Shown here: positions 8,010 through 18,712 of the stretch, one piece after another
Layout: each line of letters starts with the position of its first letter
How positions within the stretch are numbered: position 1 is the stretch's first letter
NCBI GenBank assembly: GCA_965238175.1
Contig: CBDEGZ010000003.1
Coordinates: forward strand, 1 to 64,000
Reading direction: 5' to 3'
Source: Gammaproteobacteria bacterium
Lineage (GTDB): Bacteria > Pseudomonadota > Gammaproteobacteria > CAJXQU01
Length of the DNA: 64,000 nucleotides
The notes under the pieces: model-generated
Seen by the model: the letters and a program-made list of their open reading frames with translations, nothing else
Told to the model about the DNA's origin: nothing
Databases searched by the model: none
Translations under genes and position numbers: made by a program

Positions 8010-9050
8010 TCAAAAAGTAAATGAAATACTGATCGAACCAAAGTTATGGCTGTCACTTTGATTAACAAATTCTTTAGTTCGAAAAACCTGCGCATAAGAA
8101 AATTTTATACCTTCGTAAATCGCACTAGCCCCAATAATAAAATCACCAACCCAATATCTTTTATCAACATCATGACTGTTGGAAAATGTATTTCCATCCA
8201 GAAAGATATCTCTTAAAACAGCTCGACCTGTGACTGCCGCAAACGCATGAACGCTAAACTCCTTTTTATTTGAAAGCCGCGGGTCGCTATTATTAATTGG
8301 TGCATTTGTATCACCACCAGGACGAATCAAAGATGTTCCAAAATCGGCAGGAATATTCCAGCCTACACGAACTTCGGCCCCGGCATTTGCATAAGTGTAG
8401 ACAGTACCGACAGCAGCACCAATATGACCAATCACGTCATATCCCCATTTGTTATAAAAATTATCAGGACGAAAACGATGTTTTTGTTCATATATAACAG
8501 CAAATGCCGGTTCGTTTTCTAGCTGGTTATCCCATCCTTCTGCTGTTGCAATATCGCGCAAATCGTGGACAAAATTCTGAGCTTCTTCGGCAAGAGAATA
8601 AGGACCGACTATGCCTAATTGCAATTCCAGTGTATCCAACCTGTCGGCTGTTTTTGTATGGAAAGCCGTTCCGAAATATAGCCAGCCAGCATAAGGTCTA
8701 TCATCGCTTATCAAATCCTTTTCCTGAATATCTTGTGGTGTGAAAATCTTTTGTCCTATAGAAAAAGCGATATTGCGTTGAATTTGATCATTGTAAACAT
8801 CATCATTAACAAAAAGGAGATCTGCCCACCAATCAACCCACGGAAGGAGTTTGTCAGTATCACGAAATTTAGTCAGATCGGAGGAAACAAGACTTAATTT
8901 GATACCATTGGTATAGTTCTGATCCGTGTCACCAAAAAGATCATTCTCGAATTGCAGGCTAAACGTCCAGAAACTATTGTCAGACACGGTATCTGTTGCG
9001 TTTAAAGAACTGGAAAACAGTGTAAGCATGATAAACAGAAGCTGAATCAT
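8010..9050 (-). CDS. Lipid A deacylase LpxR family (DUF2219) outer-membrane protein
   Basis: [30 protein letters not shown] and DIFLDGN motifs; terminal Phe. Confidence 0.88.
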   Translation of the reverse strand: MIQLLFIMLTLFSSSLNATDTVSDNSFWTFSLQFENDLFGDTDQNYTNGIKLSLVSSDLTKFRDTDKLLPWVDWWADLLFVNDDVYNDQIQRNIAFSIGQKIFTPQDIQEKDLISDDRPYAGWLYFGTAFHTKTADRLDTLELQLGIVGPYSLAEEAQNFVHDLRDIATAEGWDNQLENEPAFAVIYEQKHRFRPDNFYNKWGYDVIGHIGAAVGTVYTYANAGAEVRVGWNIPADFGTSLIRPGGDTNAPINNSDPRLSNKKEFSVHAFAAVTGRAVLRDIFLDGNTFSNSHDVDKRYWVGDFIIGASAIYEGIKFSYAQVFRTKEFVNQSDSHNFGSISISFTF

Positions 9051-9140
9051 ATAAAATTAAAAATTCCCTTAATAAACAATCTATTTAGAAATGAAATTAT
9101 AGTAAAAACTTGGAAATTTCAATGCACTTCATGGATAAAA

Positions 9141-9761
9141 ATGAAAAAAACTGAAATGCCTGATCCGGCACAAGCACTGCCGGGAAGAACAGAAAAAATG
9201 CCTGTCCCAGATGCGCACTTTGTAAACGAACACCCACTTTCACCACCTTTCCCAGAAGGGCTGGAAATGGCAATGTTTGGATTAGGTTGCTTTTGGGGGG
9301 CAGAAAGAAAATTCTGGCAATTGGAAGGTGTGTATTCCACTGCAGTTGGTTATGCAGGAGGTTTCACTCCTAATCCGACATATCAGGAATTATGTACCGG
9401 AATGACAGGCCACACAGAGGTTGTTTTGATCGTTTTTGATCGAAAAGAAATCAGTTATGAATCTTTACTAAAAACGTTTTGGGAAGTGCATAACCCTACT
9501 CAAGGCATGCAACAAGGTAATGATGTGGGGACGCAGTATCGATCCGCGATATATACCTATGACGATCATCAAACAGAACTAGCGATCAATTCGCTGAAGA
9601 GCTACCAGCAAAAATTAACTGCGGCATCCAAAGGAGTAATCACTACCGAGATCAAAACTGCGCCAGAGTTTTATTATGCTGAGCCTGATCATCAGCAATA
9701 TCTGGCAAAGAATCCAGCAGGATATTGTGGTTTGGGTGGCTGTGGTGTTAGTTATGATTAA
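9141..9761 (+). CDS. msrA: Peptide-methionine (S)-S-oxide reductase
   Basis: [26 protein letters not shown] and GYCG motifs. Confidence 0.97.
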   Translation: MKKTEMPDPAQALPGRTEKMPVPDAHFVNEHPLSPPFPEGLEMAMFGLGCFWGAERKFWQLEGVYSTAVGYAGGFTPNPTYQELCTGMTGHTEVVLIVFDRKEISYESLLKTFWEVHNPTQGMQQGNDVGTQYRSAIYTYDDHQTELAINSLKSYQQKLTAASKGVITTEIKTAPEFYYAEPDHQQYLAKNPAGYCGLGGCGVSYD

Positions 9762-10407
9762 TAGGAAATTTTAGTTGGACTTAGCTAGAATAATTAAAGT
9801 AACGTTTCCTGAAGCACGATATTAAGTTGATTACTTACTTATTATAATGGATATTTAAAAAGGAAAAATAATGCCGATTTTTGTTTTATCAATAATTCTA
9901 CAAGTAGCATTGGTAGTGCATATAGTAAAAACGGGAAGAAACACAACATGGATCTGGATTGTAGTTATGTTGCCTTTAGCAGGCTCAATAGCTTACTTAA
10001 TAGTTGAAGTTCTACCTGGGATAATAGGTGGACGGACCATTAGCCAGGCTAAGAGAAATATAAAAAGTGTCACCAACCCTAATGAAGATATTAATTCTGC
10101 CGCATACGAATACTCTGTTACAGATACTGTCGAGAACTTTTTAAGACTCGCGGAAGAGTGTATGAGCAAAGAGTTGTATGAAGAAGCAAAAAAGTTGTAT
10201 GAGAAATCGCTTAAAGGAATACACGAAGATGACCCTGAACTCATGCATGGTTTAGCTAAAGCAGAATTTGGCTTAAAAAATCACATAAGAGCTAAGCAGC
10301 TGCTGGATGCGTTAATCGCTAAAAATCCGGACTATAAAAATGCAGATGATCATTTGCTCTATGCGAGAGTGGCCGAAGAACTCAATGATACTGAGCTGGC
10401 ATTAAAG

Positions 10408-11633
10408 TGTAGAAGTTTAGACCCAATCTGACACATCACTAAATCAAGCGGAGCGTAGCGACGCTTGATTTAGTGAGAGTTACCCGCTTTGATGTAACTG
10501 CAACGTAAACATCAAAACACAAAGAGGTAACTCTCATGATTCATACTAATGACAAAGTTATAAAACATAAAGTTGGTCTACTCAATCTCGCTGAAGAACT
10601 CGGCAATGTCTCAAAAGCCTGCAAGATGATGGGTTTGTCCAGAGATACATTTTATCGCTACAAAGAAGCGGCTGATGAAGGCGGTGTAGAAGCCTTGTTT
10701 GATCGTAATCGGCGTACCCCAAATCTTAAAAACAGAATCGACCCGGCTATTGAAACCGTTGTGCTCGAGTATGCACTGGAAGAGCCCGCACATGGTCAAA
10801 CGCGCACCAGTAACGAGCTGCGCAAACGGGGAACATTTGTCTCACCCAGTGGCGTTCGTTGTATCTGGCTTCGTCATGGTCTTGCTTGCTTTAAAGATCG
10901 CCTGAAGGCATTGTCTGATAAGGTAGCTGGTGAAGGCTTGATCCTCACTGAGTCTCAAGTCGCGGCGATGGAACGCAAAAAAGACGACGATGAGGCTTGT
11001 GGCGAGATAGAGACGGCACACCCTGGTTATCTTGGCTCGCAAGATACTTACTATGTCGGTACTTTCAAAGGCATTGGTCGGGTTTATCAACAAACGTTTG
11101 TTGATACTTACAGCAAGGTCGCTCACGCGAAACTGTACCCGACTAAAACACCGATTACGGCAGCTGACATGCTCAATGACCGCGTCCTCCCATTCTACGA
11201 ACAACAACGTTTGCCTATGTTGCGCATTTTGACAGATAGAGGGACGGAGTATTGTGGGCGAGCTGACCAGCATGATTATCAGCTTTATATGGCGTTGAAC
11301 AATATCGAACACACCAAAACCAAGGTCAAATCACCTCAGACGAATGGTATTTGTGAGCGATTCCATAAGACGATCCTCAATGAGTTTTATCAAGTCGCTT
11401 TGCGTAAGAAAATTTACCAATCGATTGATGAACTGCAACTCGACCTTGACGAATGGTTGCTCAAATACAATACTCAACGAACTCACCAAGGCAAAATGTG
11501 CTGCGGGAGGACGCCGATGGAAACACTCATCGACGGACAAGCTATCTGGAAGGAAAAGTTTGTGAATTAAACTTAACCTGACAGTCGGTTACTGATAATT
11601 GGGTAACTGTCAGATCAAATCTGAATTTCTACA
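10408..11633 (+). mobile_element. IS481 family element, copy B
   Basis: Same ends; duplication attaaag at 10401-10407 and 11634-11640. Confidence 0.97.
10536..11570 (+). CDS. IS481 family transposase
   Basis: Same protein as copy A. Confidence 0.97.
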   Translation: MIHTNDKVIKHKVGLLNLAEELGNVSKACKMMGLSRDTFYRYKEAADEGGVEALFDRNRRTPNLKNRIDPAIETVVLEYALEEPAHGQTRTSNELRKRGTFVSPSGVRCIWLRHGLACFKDRLKALSDKVAGEGLILTESQVAAMERKKDDDEACGEIETAHPGYLGSQDTYYVGTFKGIGRVYQQTFVDTYSKVAHAKLYPTKTPITAADMLNDRVLPFYEQQRLPMLRILTDRGTEYCGRADQHDYQLYMALNNIEHTKTKVKSPQTNGICERFHKTILNEFYQVALRKKIYQSIDELQLDLDEWLLKYNTQRTHQGKMCCGRTPMETLIDGQAIWKEKFVN

Positions 11634-11943
11634 ATTAAAGGAATATGAGGTTCTCAATGACTATTTCCCTGGGCCTGAAGCAACTTATCGATATGCGCTG
11701 TTACTCAAAAGTATTGGCGAATCTGAAAAAGCCAAATTATTAATAGTGAAAATACTTCATCAGTCAAAAATTTCAGGAAAACACTACAATACTCTCTACA
11801 AAGAATGGGTGTTTTTAGCAAAGAGTGACTACAGTAAATACTAACTTCAAATAGTTATGGTTTATTGTCAGTCAAACAGGAGGTTGATTTATTCGTTGAT
11901 CGCACCTAGATTTACAGTATTAGTGTTATAAGTGGAGCAACAA

Positions 11944-12213
11944 ATGGCGACTGGTTGGGCTCGTGATGGTGCGGTGCAAGATCAAATTGATGCGAGTGTC
12001 GATGACGCGGTTAAGCTTGCTCGAAGTCAATTACCTTCTGGAGAGAGTCTGACACATTGCAAAGAATGTGAAGAGGAGATCCCTCAAGCTCGGCGGGATG
12101 CGATTATGGGCGTACAGCTGTGTATTAAATGTCAGACTGAGCTAGATGAAGAGAATGAACAAGCTTTAAATTCATTTAATCGTCGCGGTAGTAAGGACAG
12201 CCAATTACGCTAG
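11944..12213 (+). CDS. DksA/TraR family C4 zinc-finger protein (YbiI-like)
   Basis: MATGWARDGAVQDQID; CKEC...CIKC; NRRGSKDSQLR. Confidence 0.9.
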   Translation: MATGWARDGAVQDQIDASVDDAVKLARSQLPSGESLTHCKECEEEIPQARRDAIMGVQLCIKCQTELDEENEQALNSFNRRGSKDSQLR

Positions 12214-12898
12214 TTTGATCAAAAGCTACTACGGATCATCTTTGGTAGTTACAACCATCCATTTTCTATCCCTGTATATCCTCTAAAAGCAAAACAGTAT
12301 TTTTGACTATTTAACGCTTAGTCTGTCTCTCGTTTGATATCCTTTTATCAGAATGTATAAGCCAAGTGCTGCTGCGATATGTTTAATAGAGTGGCCGCTG
12401 ATAATCATTAATGTTTCATGTAATGAGTCGTCAAAGAATTCGAAAAACTTTGCCAATACATAAGTTGCTAATAACCACCAGTAACACGAGACACGGTCAA
12501 ATATTGGAGTAAATAAAATTAGCACAATCGGTATAGAAAGGATTGGAAAAAACTGAACGAAAATATAAGGGCGAAGATCACCCATTTGTTTTAACTCTGT
12601 GTAATGCCAGTAGAGCACAGAAAATAATCCAAACAATAATAAAGGTAGTAAGAGAACCTTGCCTAGTTTCAATGAAATAAATTCGCTTATTATGATCGAT
12701 ACCAAACCCATAAATGCGATGGTCATTGGTAATCTGTCCCAAACCAAGGTTTCATTGTTAGGCCACAAATGGTAATAACCTGAGGTTGCAACACTTTAAC
12801 GGAGCAAATAACTAAGGGGCATTTGCCCGCTCAAATTCTACAGGGCTAACATAGCCTAAATAAGAATGCCTCCGTCTTCGATTATAAAACACTTCAAT

Positions 12899-14124
12899 TG
12901 TAGAAATTCAGATTTGATCTGACAGTTACCCAATTATCAGTAACCGACTGTCAGGTTAAGTTTAATTCACAAACTTTTCCTTCCAGATAGCTTGTCCGTC
13001 GATGAGTGTTTCCATCGGCGTCCTCCCGCAGCACATTTTGCCTTGGTGAGTTCGTTGAGTATTGTATTTGAGCAACCATTCGTCAAGGTCGAGTTGCAGT
13101 TCATCAATCGATTGGTAAATTTTCTTACGCAAAGCGACTTGATAAAACTCATTGAGGATCGTCTTATGGAATCGCTCACAAATACCATTCGTCTGAGGTG
13201 ATTTGACCTTGGTTTTGGTGTGTTCGATATTGTTCAACGCCATATAAAGCTGATAATCATGCTGGTCAGCTCGCCCACAATACTCCGTCCCTCTATCTGT
13301 CAAAATGCGCAACATAGGCAAACGTTGTTCTTCGTAGAATGGGAGGACGCGGTCATTGAGCATGTCAGCTGCCGTAATCGGTGTTTTAGTCGGGTACAGT
13401 TTCGCGTGAGCGACCTTGCTGTAAGTATCAACAAACGTTTGTTGATAAACCCGACCAATGCCTTTGAAAGTACCGACATAGTAAGTATCTTGCGAGCCAA
13501 GATAACCAGGGTGTGCCGTCTCTATCTCGCCACAAGCCTCATCGTCGTCTTTTTTGCGTTCCATCGCCGCGACTTGAGACTCAGTGAGGATCAAGCCTTC
13601 ACCAGCTACCTTATCAGACAATGCCTTCAGGCGATCTTTAAAGCAAGCAAGACCATGACGAAGCCAGATACAACGAACGCCACTGGGTGAGACAAATGTT
13701 CCCCGTTTGCGCAGCTCGTTACTGGTGCGCGTTTGACCATGTGCGGGCTCTTCCAGTGCATACTCGAGCACAACGGTTTCAATAGCCGGGTCGATTCTGT
13801 TTTTAAGATTTGGGGTACGCCGATTACGATCAAACAAGGCTTCTACACCGCCTTCATCAGCCGCTTCTTTGTAGCGATAAAATGTATCTCTGGACAAACC
13901 CATCATCTTGCAGGCTTTTGAGACATTGCCGAGTTCTTCAGCGAGATTGAGTAGACCAACTTTATGTTTTATAACTTTGTCATTAGTATGAATCATGAGA
14001 GTTACCTCTTTGTGTTTTGATGTTTACGTTGCAGTTACATCAAAGCGGGTAACTCTCACTAAATCAAGCGTCGCTACGCTCCGCTTGATTTAGTGATGTG
14101 TCAGATTGGGTCTAAACTTCTACA
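12899..14124 (-). mobile_element. IS481 family element, copy C (nested in IS3)
   Basis: Same ends, inverted; duplication cttcaat at 12892-12898 and 14125-14131. Confidence 0.97.
12962..13996 (-). CDS. IS481 family transposase
   Basis: One substitution relative to copies A and B (FYEEQ vs FYEQQ). Confidence 0.97.
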   Translation of the reverse strand: MIHTNDKVIKHKVGLLNLAEELGNVSKACKMMGLSRDTFYRYKEAADEGGVEALFDRNRRTPNLKNRIDPAIETVVLEYALEEPAHGQTRTSNELRKRGTFVSPSGVRCIWLRHGLACFKDRLKALSDKVAGEGLILTESQVAAMERKKDDDEACGEIETAHPGYLGSQDTYYVGTFKGIGRVYQQTFVDTYSKVAHAKLYPTKTPITAADMLNDRVLPFYEEQRLPMLRILTDRGTEYCGRADQHDYQLYMALNNIEHTKTKVKSPQTNGICERFHKTILNEFYQVALRKKIYQSIDELQLDLDEWLLKYNTQRTHQGKMCCGRTPMETLIDGQAIWKEKFVN

Positions 14125-14901
14125 CTTCAATATAGTGAAATAGGCTTTGTTTGGCATCGCTACGTGTTCGATAATCCTCATCATCAACCAACTCTGTTTT
14201 GAGGCTGCCGAAGAAACTTTCAGCGACCGCATTATCATGGCATTCACCTTTTCGGCTCATACTACAAAGGAAGCCATTATCTTTAATGAGCTTTCGATAA
14301 TCACCCGAGGCATAAGTGCTGCCTTGGTCGGAATGGACAATCACATCTTTTGCCTTGTCTCTGCGTGACAGCGACATCGTTAACGCATCAGTGACTAGCT
14401 TGGTGTCATTACGCTCAGACATCGCCCAGCCAATAATTTGCCGTGAATACAAGTCCATCATGGTAGCCAAATATAACCAACCTTGCCGAGTACGAATAAA
14501 GGTCGTGTCAGCTACCCAGGCTTTATTTGTTTCATTGACACGAAATTCACGTTTGAGCCTATCGGGTGCAGGTGCTGTGGTATTTTTTGAATTGGTTGTA
14601 ATCACAAACCGTTTGGCCATCTTCGATTGAATGCCAGCAGTCTTCATCAAACGTGCAACACGCGGTCGACTTACTTTTTCACCTGAATCGAGTAGGTCTC
14701 GATGTATCCGAGGTGAACCATAACGCTTAAAACTAGCTTGATGAAAACATCTTATTTTCGTCAGTAACCGTTGATTCGTTGAGTGTGTCTTACTTTGAGG
14801 CCTGTCTAACCAATCATAATAACCACTGACTGAGACAGTCAGGGTGCGACATAATAACGACACAGAGTGATGGCGACGTTGTATTTTAATAAAGGCGTAC
14901 T

Positions 14902-15213
14902 TCACTTGAGTTCGCCTGCAAAGTACACCGCGGCCTTTTTTAATATCTCAACTTCCTCCTTCAGCCGTGCATTATCTTGGCGTAAGGTGGTGAGTTCACT
15001 TTGTGCTTCTTTCTTAGGCCTTCCACGTTGTTCTGGGAATGCAGTATCACCTTTGTCGGTCAGTTGTTCTTTCCATTTATAGAGCTGATTACGCCGTATA
15101 CCAAGTTCAGCGGCAATCTCAGATGACGGTTTATCTGATTGCTCCATCAAGCGTAACGCTTCTAGTTTGAATTCTCGGGTATAGGTTTTGTATGGTTTTC
15201 TGTTGCTGGTCAT
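14902..15213 (-). CDS. IS3 orfA (HTH); A6G slippery site near its 3' end for a -1 frameshift into orfB
   Basis: YTREFKLEA, LYKWK and EILKKAAVYF motifs; minus-strand AAAAAAG at about 14936-14942; stop overlaps the orfB GTG. Confidence 0.93.
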   Translation of the reverse strand: MTSNRKPYKTYTREFKLEALRLMEQSDKPSSEIAAELGIRRNQLYKWKEQLTDKGDTAFPEQRGRPKKEAQSELTTLRQDNARLKEEVEILKKAAVYFAGELK

Positions 15214-15752
15214 TTGGATACTCCTAAAGGCATATTGTCGCCTATTTAATGTATCCGTTAAAATGTAGCAGGTTCAACCCGACCCAAAGGCAACGAGTGT
15301 AGAACCTAGAAAAAGTGCAACATAAGCGAACTTGTTTTGATACAAAACATTCAGGCTTTTATCATGTAATAATTTTATTAGTCCCCAGATGCCTACGATC
15401 AAAAATGGCAGGTTTGATAACACATTTAATGTGTTTGGGATTGAAAAGAAACTCGCAGTATCTGAAAAGTTATGATATTCGATATCTTGTGATATTGGTG
15501 AGATAAAGCATAGAACAGATAATATTATGATCGCACTTGTAACAATCATTATTTTCCCAATTTTCTCTTTTTTAGCCTCCATGAATCATGATAATTATTA
15601 GTTCAGTGGTTGCCATTATACTTGCTTTGGTATGACTAGTACCACATTAATTTTATAGATTTAGCGCTTAAGTAGATTCTGATTGGGTGCTTATGGGATC
15701 TTGTTTTGAGTAAAGTAAATTAAAGATAGTGTCTATTAAGATATATCAAATT

Positions 15753-17843
15753 TTAACTTGTAATGGCAGTTTCCAAATTATCTATAACTGGATTATAGGA
15801 AGATATCCAAGGTGTAAACTCACCAATCGATAATGGTTTGCTAATGATATATCCCTGGATTTCATCACAACCAAGTTGATTTAATAATTCTAATGTTGCT
15901 TGATCTTCGACACCTTCAGCAGTGATTCTAAGCCCCATATTGTGACCAAGATCGATAGTCGATTTTACGATCACAGTATCGTTGTTATTGTTTAGCATAT
16001 TAAAAACAAATGATTTATCGATTTTGAGTTCTTGTACAGGTAATTCACGTAATTTCGCCAGAGATGAAAAACCTGTTCCGTAATCATCGATCGAAAGATT
16101 AATACCAGCATCTCTTATTTGATTAAGCAATTGTAATGCAAGATCTGTATCTCTGACAAAGCTACTCTCTGTGATTTCTAGTACTATTTGAGATGGCCGC
16201 ACATTATTTTTTTCTAGTAGTTTTAGAATAATTTTAGGCAAATCTGGATCCAGTAAATCGATGGTAGAAAGATTTACACTCATTTTCATATGTAAGCCTT
16301 GCCGGTTCCAGTTACTACACTGCTCGATAGCTTTTCTCAGTACCCAATAGGTGATTAAACTTATATTTCCGGATCGTTCTGCAATCGGGATAAATTCATC
16401 CGGAGGCATAAAACCAAGTTCCGGATGTATCCAGCGGATTAATGCTTCAACACCGACCACCTGATTTGTTTTAACATTAATTTTTGGCTGATAATTGAGT
16501 AAGAATTGATCTGTTTGTACAGCCTCTCTTAGGTCTCGGATAATTGATAATTGGCGAAGATGGCCCGCGTCATTAGCACTTTTATACACGGATACTTCAG
16601 CAAAGTGTTCCTTAGCTTCGTGCATGGCTATATCTACTTGACGTAGCAGCTCGTTTGCATCTTTTTTATGTTCTGGATAAGAAACAATTCCAGAACATAA
16701 AGATAAAATAATTGTAGTGGAATCAAGCTCTATAGGTTTTTTTAACTTAGCGATCAGATTAGTCATATATTGAACACTAGATGTATTGTCTGAACCCTCA
16801 AGCAAAATAAGGAATTTGTCTCCATTCGCTCGAGCAACAGAACCAGAGCCACGAAGGTTGTTCAAAATGCGTGTGGAAACCTCTTTTATAACAGCATCGC
16901 CTAGTTTATGACCAAAGGCATTATTAATATCTTTAAATCTATTTACATTAAGAAGAACAAGCGAAAATGAAGATTGATTTTTATTTGCATGGCTTATAGC
17001 ACGAGTAATATGATTGGCCATGAACACTGAATTTGCCAGGCCGGTTAGTTCATCAAAATGAGCATGTTTTAAAATTCTTTTTTCGCGTTTTGAAATACCG
17101 GTTTGCATATGATCGATCGCTTCTGCCAGCTTTCCGACTTCATCATTTCTATTATTTATTCTTACTTTTGTTTCAAAATCACCAAGCGTGATTTTATTAG
17201 CAGCTACCACAAGATTTTTGATTGGATCAGCGATTTGTTTATGTGAATATAAATAAGCAATAATAGATACCAACAGGATAACTGCGACTAAAGTGAATAT
17301 AAGGTTTATCTCAACGGACAATTCATGGATGATATTAGCTGAATTACTTTGTGCTGAATTTGCTAAGGTTTGTGTATATTGATTTATCCGTGTAGTCATC
17401 AACTTTGATGTTTTTGATAGATCTGCCAGGTTTTTTCTAGCTGTTTCCCATACAATGGGTTTCATGGCCATCGTGGTACGGAGGGTTTTTAGCTGTTGTG
17501 AAAACACGCCGAAGTATTGATTTATATCAGTATTGCCCGGAAGAATTTGAGTTAGACTATGCTTAATGGAATCTATTGTAGTTTTAGATTCGATATCAAA
17601 CTGATCTTCTGACAATGTGTATCCATACAATGAATAAGCACAGATTTCTAGTTGTTTTAAATCACTAGAAATTGACCTGAATGTACTTAGCTGTGGAAGT
17701 GTTTGTTTTACAAAGCTCGAAGTCTTATTAGACACTGAAGAACTTGTACTAATTAAAGGCAAAGCGGTAACTATTGTGATAAGTAAAATTGCACCATAGC
17801 CTAACAAAATTTTATTACTGATCGAAGCTTGCCATTTATTCAC
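15753..17843 (-). CDS. Membrane HAMP-GGDEF(degenerate)-EAL c-di-GMP phosphodiesterase
   Basis: Two TM segments; HAMP (DEVGKLA); GGDEF site reads NGDKF; intact EALIRW and DDYGTG. Confidence 0.92.
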   Translation of the reverse strand: MNKWQASISNKILLGYGAILLITIVTALPLISTSSSVSNKTSSFVKQTLPQLSTFRSISSDLKQLEICAYSLYGYTLSEDQFDIESKTTIDSIKHSLTQILPGNTDINQYFGVFSQQLKTLRTTMAMKPIVWETARKNLADLSKTSKLMTTRINQYTQTLANSAQSNSANIIHELSVEINLIFTLVAVILLVSIIAYLYSHKQIADPIKNLVVAANKITLGDFETKVRINNRNDEVGKLAEAIDHMQTGISKREKRILKHAHFDELTGLANSVFMANHITRAISHANKNQSSFSLVLLNVNRFKDINNAFGHKLGDAVIKEVSTRILNNLRGSGSVARANGDKFLILLEGSDNTSSVQYMTNLIAKLKKPIELDSTTIILSLCSGIVSYPEHKKDANELLRQVDIAMHEAKEHFAEVSVYKSANDAGHLRQLSIIRDLREAVQTDQFLLNYQPKINVKTNQVVGVEALIRWIHPELGFMPPDEFIPIAERSGNISLITYWVLRKAIEQCSNWNRQGLHMKMSVNLSTIDLLDPDLPKIILKLLEKNNVRPSQIVLEITESSFVRDTDLALQLLNQIRDAGINLSIDDYGTGFSSLAKLRELPVQELKIDKSFVFNMLNNNNDTVIVKSTIDLGHNMGLRITAEGVEDQATLELLNQLGCDEIQGYIISKPLSIGEFTPWISSYNPVIDNLETAITS

Positions 17844-18111
17844 GTATGTAACACCCTGTTATTATTAAATAGTTTAATACCGCATTCACAAAAGCTAAAA
17901 GTCCTCAATTCCAGTTTTGGTAGTAGTATTGCTAAGATAGCGGCTTTGGTCTTTGAATCTTTAACCAAAGCTATCATTTTTTAGTTAATATAATGAAAAT
18001 AAAGAAAGGAATATTTTTTAGCGTCATAGATAGACTAATATTCGATAAAATTCAATAGCTATCTATTTGATTAAATTATAAGTTTAGAATGTTTATCTCA
18101 GGTGAATCGTA

Positions 18112-18306
18112 ATGCGTAAAAAACAAAATAATTGCTCAGCTTCTTTAGCTAATAAAAAAATATCTGATGAGGATATTTATTTGATGTTTATGTTGCATCG
18201 ACATCAACGTATGAGTTGTGAAAAAATTGCACGGAAGTTTGGTCTCTCTACAGGAAAGGTCCGCGATATTATTGCCCGCCGTGTTAATTCTGGTTGTTGT
18301 GGATAG
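18112..18306 (+). CDS. Small HTH-like protein
   Basis: EKIARKFGLSTGKVRDII; AGGTG RBS upstream. Confidence 0.55.
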   Translation: MRKKQNNCSASLANKKISDEDIYLMFMLHRHQRMSCEKIARKFGLSTGKVRDIIARRVNSGCCG

Positions 18307-18712
18307 CTTAAAATAAGATGGCAGAGAGGTGTTAAATTAACTGGGTTCCGTTAGTTTATAGATAGCACTGATTTTTCTTGAAGATCTGGTGTGGTACGTA
18401 GCCTTATCTGCATTTTTAAGAAGTTCTGCACTATTTCCAACATATTTGAGATAAAACGCGAGCCCTAATACTTACCGAAACAAATAGCTCATGAGCATCA
18501 ACTATTAAGAGTTCATAATGATGTTTAATCACTTTCCGCAAGTATCTGTATAGTACTCACATTAACAGTGCCAACTATTTTTTCATTAGCAAATCGAAAG
18601 CAATTTTTAAAGAAAAATATCAAGATAAAAAGTCCCGCCATTTCTATAACAATAAAATTATAATTAGAACTCCTGTATTTAGCTAAATAAAATAGACATG
18701 AGCAAAGTCTAA

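Larger units (their letters stand above)
9871..11844 (+). pseudogene. Membrane-anchored TPR protein interrupted by IS481 copy B
   Basis: N-part 9871-10407 (...TELALK) continues in frame at 11641 (EYEVLNDYFPGPEA...) once the IS and one attaaag are removed. Confidence 0.9.
12812..14905 (-). pseudogene. IS3 orfB (integrase core) interrupted near its 3' end by IS481 copy C
   Basis: WVADTT, HSDQGSTY and DNAVAESFF motifs; ...HYIEV resumes as FYNRRRRHSYLGYVSP at about 12890-12812. Confidence 0.92.
12781..15276 (-). mobile_element. IS3 family element (~1263 bp excluding the nested IS481)
   Basis: Imperfect IRs tgaggttgcaacactttaacgga and tccgttaaaatgtagcaggttca; 3-bp duplication acc at 12778-12780 and 15277-15279. 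Confidence 0.93.
12307..15582 (-). pseudogene. Ceramidase/CREST-like membrane hydrolase interrupted by IS3 (which carries IS481 copy C)
   Basis: The halves rejoin as ...AFGSG|YYHLWPNNETLVWDRLPM; YHNFSD, NVLSNLPF and SGHSIKH motifs. Confidence 0.9.

Noticed and set aside
18307-18420. Weak inverted repeat cttaaaa...gcagagagg / ccttatctgcatttttaag
   Set aside because: Too degenerate to assign; possibly an old palindromic element.
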